DNA of 64,000 nt, taken from assembly GCA_028534125.1 (NCBI GenBank), contig CM052817.1, forward strand, positions 80,416,001 through 80,480,000. The letters are read 5' to 3'. Every line of letters begins with the position of its first letter. Position 1 is the stretch's first letter. Positions 26,371 through 34,765 of this stretch are shown piece by piece. Position numbers and translations under genes: made by a program. The notes under the pieces are model-generated. The model was not told the DNA's origin. It made no database searches and worked only from the letters and a program-made list of their open reading frames with translations. Origin of the DNA: Lama glama. Taxonomy: Eukaryota.

Positions 26371-29300
26371 ATGCCATTTTCATACTTGTAATATTGGACA
26401 TGGGGACATTATGGGCAAATATATTAGCCAAATTAATAGACCATGATATAGAAGAATGATATAATCAAAAACTCAGATTTTCAATGCATGTATCCTATCG
26501 ATTATTATAGACCACGTGGAATATTTCTATAGATGGAACTTAAATGCTACAAGAGAACTGCAAATCAAGGAGACTCTAAGGATAAATTCTTTTTTTTTAA
26601 AGTCTTGTCAGTTTTTGCGTTTTCTTTTTGTAATATTAGGCATTCTTATAGATAGCATGCCTTGAGTCATTTCATCAAATAAATATTCTACTTTTTTTTC
26701 CCAAATAAAGGATAAACTATAGTCTTTGGCACAGATTATTTCAATAGGAAATAAAAATTAAAGCAAGCAAGCCCCAGGAGATGTTTTAAGTTGTTTTTCT
26801 TTTAATGAAAACATGATTTTGTTTTCTTCCTATTCTATTTTTAGAGGCAGTTAAGGTTTAAATTAACCTGGGTTCTTATGCACTTGTCTCTGAAGATGAA
26901 GTTAGCAGTAGATTGTTGTGGAAATGAGAGATTAATAACTTTTGCTGACCAAAATCAAAGCTAGTATCAGGTGATCATTATTACGGCCATTTCATTCCTA
27001 CTTTCAGAAGTCAAGTCAGCAGAAGAGATGGCTAATCTTGTTGTGAAAATGAAGAGCAAGTCAAGGCTCAGAGGGCAACATTTAATATTGTGGAAGAGGG
27101 AAGAAGACAGGATTTATTCTTTAACTGGGTAGATAAGAAATGAAGACTGTTTGGTACTAGGGTAAAGATGTTTCCTTAGGCGACCTTACCATGTGGATTT
27201 AATTAGCAAAATCTTGATATGTAGCAGTGATGCAAACTGAACTCTTGTCACTTTGATTCTCTGTAAAGGAGCATGACATTTAAGAATGAAGGGCACTAAC
27301 TCAGTGCCCTTCCATGCACATCTCTCTTTTTTTTTTACAACTTGTAGAATAACAGAATCACTTGTGACAAAGTACACAAATGGTTAGTTGTAGAATTATA
27401 GAGCTGACAGAAATTCTACAAGTTATCCAGTGTAATTTACTCAAGGTATTGTTTGATTTGCCCACTTCCAGAATTTGAAACCAATACAGAGCATTAGTAT
27501 TTCAAATAGGGCAGAAGGATGAGAATTATGCTTATGAAAATGAAAAGAATGTTTATGGAAAATTTACAGAATAGGTTGGTCTATTTCTGTCAACTACAAA
27601 GATTGTTTACAAAAGGAAACTGAAAATAAAATGGCTTATCCTTGCCAGCTTTTCTTGGGAAGTATAGTAATATAGTAACTTTTGCCCTAAAAGGAGAGCA
27701 GAGACTTAGTTTTCATTCTTGGTTCTTTATTGATTTATTAGATACGTATAGAGTAACTCACCAATTTCTGTGATTATTTTGTTTCTCAACAAGATAAAAG
27801 ATAACATTTATTATCATGACTTCACAGAAACACTGGGAAGATTAATAAGGTATTATTTTTCAAGAGCTTGGAACACGTTATGGTTCTGCTTTTTTGGCAA
27901 ATAAAGTAGATAAATGAGTAAGGTAAACCTCTCAGTACAATTTTTTCTTCTTTTTAAAATCACTAGCAGTTGCCAGGAGTTACCAGACTTTTTTCCCCCA
28001 TTTTATTATCTTCTTAAAAATCAAATCAACAGAGGAAATGGCTAATCTTGTTTTCACATGAAAATGAAGAACAAGTCAGGGTTCACTTTCCATTCCACCT
28101 TGTTCTTTTAGATATTAATATAGTAAACTGAAAATTATGGCAATATTTTTCCATGGATATTTACATTGTTTTTCCTTTTCAGGAAAATTTTGTCCTCTAT
28201 CCATTTCTAGCCAAGATACACTGCAAGTTAAGTATCTAGATAAAGAACAATTTCTATTTTAAGCTAAAATTTTAGAATTTCTACAAAGTCTTACAGTTGT
28301 AGGCAATCAAAAGAAGGGGTAGGCTTTGTTAAATGTCTTTTAGATCCAGGGTGGCCAGGCTATACCTGTTTATTTGTAACGTGGTATTTAGAGGAAAACA
28401 TACTGATGCATTTGTGCAGCATATTTGATTTCTAAATAGAAACATCATGATGGTGTTATAGCTAACATTTCATGGATTTTATCTGTTACTGTAATTTGAA
28501 AATACTTAATTGTATGCAAATTGCAATTTAATAATACAGCTGTGGTTGAAATAGTTTATTTGTAATAGAAACCTTTCAAATATATTGTTGTAGGATTTAT
28601 GGAAGTAAAATGTTCAGTGCTCCCTCTCCTGGTTTTATCATATTGGTGAACTGACCTCTCATCCCCCAATTGTGGTGATAGTGGAGAAGACAATTTTGAA
28701 CGATCAAATCAGGTAGTCTGATGGGATAGTCTGTTTCTGATTTCACCATTCCAAACCCATTCAAAATGGTCAAGAAACTTACCCATCAGTGGTTAAAGTC
28801 CATTACATTCCCAAATATAATGAGATATATTAAAAAATTTAAAAATATGTACAATAATATTGATTTTTATCCTTTTAAACAGACTCTTATTACAATTTAT
28901 ATCATTGAGAGTCAATAGGTAGCTTCTTGGTTCTATGTTCTATGTTCTTGTTCTATGTTATTTTCTAGGAAGCAACTGTTGTGAACGGTCTTAGTAATCA
29001 ATGCCCTAAGGTCCTGAGAGGTAATTCCAATAAATTTTTAAAAGTGCTCAAACATTTGAAAATCTAGAATCAAAAAACAAAAAAGTTTCAAAAGAATCAC
29101 TTGCTATTGTAAAAAAGGAGATTAAAAAATTTCTTTGAACTGAAAATTTCCATACTCAGATTTATATATAATTTTGTTTCTGGAGTTTTGTTTTGTTTGC
29201 TCTATTTTGTCAAAGACTTTAAGCTATTTCTGATATGTAGTACCTGGAAAAAATATTTCCTTTCCTCCTACTTACTATATTTTTGGGGTTTAGGTATCTT

Positions 29301-30949
29301 TTAAAACTCTCTATGGAAATTCAAATTTGACCTATAGTTACCCTCACTACAGCATGAAGTACATGATTTTAATAATAAATCTCTAAAATCTAATCGTTTA
29401 TAAGGAAACAAAAAGCAAGTTTCCTACTGATTAAAATGCTTTTTTTCAGTGACACATCATATATTGCTTAAGAATTATAAAATGGTAATTATTATATTAG
29501 TAAATTATTTCTATTTGAATTGATTGCCATTTAACTGTTTTAAAAAATAAAAAATAAACTTTTTTTCAGAATTATACAAAAATATTACAAAATTGAAGGA
29601 GTCTGGGATTTTCGACAATTGATTTTGGGGAAATTATATCACAAATCAAGAGAGAGCAATTATTATGAAATTTGCAGCAGGAAATTTCACCTGTATGACA
29701 TATTGTTACATACATTTACACTAAGGAATGCCACCTTTCAAACTCTTAGAGATTTCACATATTCTGAACTTTGCTTTAAATAGGAACTGTAATGTTATAC
29801 TATCATTTTTTAATATCAAAATACATTTTCTCACTAACTGATCAGTAGTGATAGCTTGATATACAACTTCTTAATCTTTTCTCAGAAGTGATGACTTGAT
29901 ATACAACTTTTTAATCTTCTTTTATTCTTCAAAATTATTTTCTAATTCAACTTTAAGGGTAGAGTCCACCAATCCTTTTACTGAGAATGATAACTAAAGA
30001 TTGTTAACTAAATTTAAAGGTATTCCTTTATGACAGACCGCATTTGCAGGATTTTTAAAGGCAATCCCTATTTTTAGAGGATGTTTACTACACGAGTGTA
30101 CAAGGCAACATTTCCAAGCGGGTACTCATAAACGAAAGAGGATACTGTTGGGGAAATCCTGTTCCAGGTTTTCAGGCAGGCCGTATGATTGACACATGAT
30201 ATCACTGGAGGCGTGTCCTGGAGTGGAGGTGGAGGTGGAGGCGACGAGCTGAAATTCTGCGGAGCCGGAGTGGGATTGCTCTGTAAGGCTCGCAGTGGTT
30301 TGCAGAGTGATAGCAGCCGACAGAGCTCCCTGCCCTGGATAAGGAACACGCTGTAAATGTGCCTGAAAAGCAATTTCCAATCTTTGCGTTAGGTAAGAAC
30401 TGTTTCCTTCCTTTCCTTCCGTAGACATTTTAGGAAAGATTAGGTGAGAAATGTTGGCTTTTGCAAGGAACTGATTATTTCTTTGAACTCGCTTTAGACC
30501 TAAGATTACTAGTTGCATTTCTAATTACCAGTAGCATTCCCACTGCTAAAACTAATGCTCTTAAAGTAAATGCTACCACTAAAAGTAAAAGCAGGGTGGG
30601 TCTCTTTCCTTCCCCCTCGCCCCATATCCGAATAAGTTTAATGTATTGAAAACTGGGTGGTTTATGCCGAAGAGGGGCTGGCACTCGGTGTGTGGACCAA
30701 ATGCATGTTTGTTTAGGCATTGTTGGTGACCGAATCCTGAGCGAAGCAATTGTTTAAAACCTGAATTTCCCGTCTCTGTGTATTGATTTCCAATGCGCAG
30801 AGGCGTTGCTTGAACGTTGTTTGAACTTCTAGGCATTCCAAGGGGCAAAAGCACTTCGGCAAAAACGTGCAAAACTGCATGTTACTTTGGTTCGCTGCTG
30901 ACACGCCGACTGTGCGCCCGCCTGTCAATCACTGGGAGCAGCAACAGCC

Positions 30950-31139
30950 AGCACATGGCAGCGGGTGCGGGCGGCGGGCGAGCTGGCCAGAGGCCCGCTC
31001 CGCTCATACTCTTCGCCCGGGCGGCGGAACGCGCTACGCGTCCAAGTGCCCGGAAAGAAACGGAAATTAACGTCTTTTTATCTCTAATCGTCTGTAGCAG
31101 GCATTTCGGCCGTGGAACAGGAGGGTCGGAGGACTGGGA
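30950..31139 (+). other. SPRY1: Probable first non-coding exon of SPRY1 (5' end approximate)
   Basis: Donor-like GGA|GTGAGC at 31139/31140 near the 5' edge of the CpG island. Confidence 0.5.
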
Positions 31140-31684
31140 GTGAGCGCTGCCCGGGAGAGGCTGACTGCCAGGAGCGGAGTTCCCGGGGACGCCGTGCCCC
31201 CACTTGCCTAGCGTGCGGGATTGGGAAAGTGCCTGGACCTGCGCGGGGGCCAAGGGACGACGCCCCGCCTCTTTCCCCGAGGAGGAACCCCCCAAACCTC
31301 GCTCCCTTCACCACCCCTAAAAAAGCGGGTAAAAAAGTCCCACCCACCCCCACCCCGGCGGAGCGGCGGCTTGGCCTCGCAGGCGTGTGCTCCCGGGGCC
31401 TGCGCGGCTCCGTGACCCGCCCGGGTACGCCGGTTCGAGCCCCGTCCCGGGCGCCGCGGAGTCTCGAACGTCCGTGACGTGGATTTTCACGCGTCAGGAA
31501 GGCGCCACTCCTGCGTTTCCCGCGAGGAGCGACTGGTCCCCGAGAAGCCCTCTCGCCCGAGCACCGCGACCGGTCTGCTGGCCCGTCACGCACTCTTCTC
31601 CCCGCCGCTCCCCAGCTCGCTTTCCGGAGAGACTCGGAGAGCCCTCCCGCAGGGAATTTTTCTGGCTCTTGGAAGGGGCTGCAG

Positions 31685-31971
31685 GAGAAGAGCCCCGGAG
31701 GTGGATGTTACTGAGCTGAGCGGCGCACGCGAGCTGTGAGAGGTCTGCGCCGGGCCGCGCGGAGTCTCCGGAGGATTGTCTCCCGCAGCCGGAAGGGGGC
31801 CGCGGGGAGCGCTCCTGCCCTGCGGCGGCGGCGGGGGCGGAGGAGGCCGCAGTTCGGGCCATGCCTCGCCGTCCGCCCCGCCGCGGTTGATGCGGCGCGT
31901 GCACACCGCCGCCCGCACCGGGACCCCGGCCGGGTTGCACCACTTGGCCCCTCGTCCCTGCTTCGGCCTAG
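31685..31971 (+). other. SPRY1: Non-coding 5'UTR exon of SPRY1 (5' boundary uncertain: AG acceptors at 31652, 31684 or 31788, or a TSS)
   Basis: Near-consensus donor TAG|GTGAGT at 31971/31972, which would join to the acceptor at 34766. Confidence 0.7.
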
Positions 31972-34765
31972 GTGAGTGCCGGGCAATCGCCCTTGGGCTG
32001 CGGGGGGCGGGAGGCGCGCGGGCGGGCCGGGCCGGGCGGCAGGTGCGGGCCCCGGGGAGTGGCGCGGGGGCCGGGACCGCGCGAGGGGAGGGGGAAGGGG
32101 AGGGAGCGCCCCCAGTGCGTGGCGCGGGTCTTCCCGCTGGGGCGTTCGGGGCCGGGTAACCGGGCGAGCGACCTTCCGCAGCCGCGAAGGACGGCGAGGC
32201 GGAGTCCCCCGTCTCCAGTCGCCTGGAGTGGTGGTGCCGTGACCCGGGGTCAGAAGGATCCTCCACGCGAAAGACGCACTCAGGGAGACTTTTGGCGGGG
32301 CGGGGGCGGGGAGTGCCGCGGAGCTGCTCTGCAGGTACCCGCGGCGGGCTTTCCGGGTCGGAGGTTCCCGTTGACGGGGGCCCGGGAACGACGTGTGCAA
32401 GCCCGGAGTTCGCTGGTGACCCCCGGGCCGAGTCAGTCTGCGCCCGATCGAGCCTTCACTTTATTCTTGTGGCGAGAGCGGTGGAGCGGCGAGGGGAGGG
32501 GAGAGGGCACTGCCACTTTAAAAGTGGGGAAGTCCGCCCTCCTGAGGTAATGGTAACCTCAGCCTCCTCCCCTCCTCCTGCCCGGGAGAGAGGGAGCGAG
32601 AGAGAAAACTTGTTTTCATTCATAACTTTTTCCTTTTCCTTCCTCTCCGTCAACTATTTATTCCCCGCTCGTCTGCGCGCGGATCGCAGAGGGCGCAGCT
32701 CTGCCGTGGTAACTGGCAATGTGGCGACGCCGCTCTGCCGCCCCTGCCCCCGACTCGCGGCTCCCCGGCTCTTTAGGAAGCCGTCTTTTCCTTTAAAGTG
32801 TAGACAGATTTTTATTTATAACCCTCCCTGCCATGGGCTTGCTTTTTGGCACCCGCGTTCGCCGTGAAGGCTCTTCCTGATGTGTAAGCATCCTTCGTGG
32901 GATACGCCAAAAGGTTTTGGAAATCCGCGGTGATCCTTAGGCTGTGATGGGATTGTTCGAAAAGGTATTCGACTTCGACTCGGGGGTTTCTTGGGGGAAA
33001 ACAGGCGGCTGAGAGCGAGCGAGCGTGTTTGGGGCTAGATGGAGGACTGTCAACTGCTGGAAAAGGGGCTTTGCAGCAGATAGAGGTGGCTGATTTTCTT
33101 GACTTTTTCTCTTTATCTGGTAGTCTGCTTTTCTAGCCAGCATGAACTTTGTTACAGCTAGCATTTAAAGTCGTGCCTGGTGTCTTTCCTGTCCTCTTCA
33201 GATCCACGCTGTTTTCTTTCGTGTGGAATCTGACTTAGTACTTTTAGAGATTCCTTGGCTTTAAAAGCACTGCGTTAATAGTTCTTTGGGAGGAGGAATG
33301 ATATTATTTAGAATAACGATGGAATATTTGTAACAGTCCTTAAGGACTCCAGGACTAAACTTAGCAGGTTGTGAGTGTGTTTCTCCTCTTGTGCAGAGAA
33401 GGTAGAACACAGTAGAAAGTTGAGGATCTGAGTTGGGAGGATGAAGGAGGGGAACTCCAAGAAGTTTACATGTAAGACTTAGTCTAGGGACTTTCAGTGG
33501 AGTTAATAGATGAAATAGGCTTATTTCCACTTTGTTCCTTAAACTGGTGTGTTTTGGTTCAAGGTGGTAGTGGAGAATTGGCTTTTTTTTTTTTTCATTT
33601 CCTTCTTGAATTGGATCAAATCTGTAGATTTTGGGAGGAATTTGTGTGAGAATTTTTCTAGTTTACCACTGACTGAAAACGGAAACTTTTTTATGTTCGA
33701 TAGTTTGTTTTATAAAGAATGCATTATAATTTAGAAACAATTTACTGTGGGTGTGGAAACACATGCTTATTTTTATCAGGGTATTACTGTACTTTATTAC
33801 AAGAAGCACATTGATTCAGAGTTGGCAGTGCTTTTGAAAATCAAGATCTGGCATGTAAATACAGATTTTTAAATTAGAGGAATACAGATAATTAAAATGG
33901 CCAGGATTTCCCCATACTAATTTAAAGGCCTAATACTTATTTGTATGTGAAAGTTATCTCGTTATGTATGTGAGCCCTTATTTAAACTTAAAAAAAAATC
34001 CTTTCGTGATTTCAAGTGTGAATACTCTCACATTCATAGAACTGTACATTGAGTTTTGTATGTGCTTTAGAGGCTATAAAACACCAAGAACTGTTGTATT
34101 TGCCTACATTCGCTTTTGCATCTTGTAGATTAATAATGAGCTCGCTTTAAAATTCTAGCTTCTACTGCAAATGATCTCTTACTTTGAGTTTCCATTTTAG
34201 TTTGGAATCTCTTGGATTTTTTTTTAATGTGTGAAGTATGCCTTCACTAATTTCCTCATGGTTAATTGAATCTGTAACAGCAAACAAATAACAAAAGGCA
34301 ACAGCACCAAAGCCATTCTTAATTTTTTTTTAAGTGGATATTTTCCTTTATGTAGAACATCCATGAACTGATACTGAGCTCTCTTTAGGTGAGGTATTCA
34401 TTAGTGCGTGTACTTAATATTCCCCACTAGGGCATATTCCATTTTAATTGTTTGTTAGATTCGCAAACAGGAAGGCATTACTTCTTGATTCTGCTTTTAA
34501 AAGTTGAAAAAACTTCTAATTCTTGTGGCATGGGGTCTCTTGCTTACATTCTTCTTCTATGATGTGGTCCTCAGCCTCTCTTGGAATTGGATTCTGGCCA
34601 GGAACCCAGCATCATTGTAATCCGCTGGTGAGGGAGATCATTACCAGGTGGTTTAGGCAATTTGTGATTTGACAGGATTTCTCACCTCTCCCCTCCCCCC
34701 AAATGCTGCTTGTCATTTATTTTCTGTTTTGTTTTGTTTTTTCTTCATCTTTGATTTCCTTTTAG

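Larger units (their letters stand above)
30900..33050. promoter_or_regulatory. SPRY1: CpG island / promoter and 5' non-coding exon region of SPRY1
   Basis: Abrupt switch from AT-rich to very GC- and CpG-dense sequence with many GC boxes, 1.8-3.9 kb upstream of the CDS. Confidence 0.93.

Noticed and set aside
29842..29921. Repeats of CRISPR-like unit length
   Set aside because: Only two adjacent units, no spacers, no cas genes, mammalian DNA.
30817..32867. Many overlapping ORFs up to 230 aa on both strands
   Set aside because: Arg/Pro/Gly/Ala low-complexity products expected from stop-poor CpG-island DNA; no domains.
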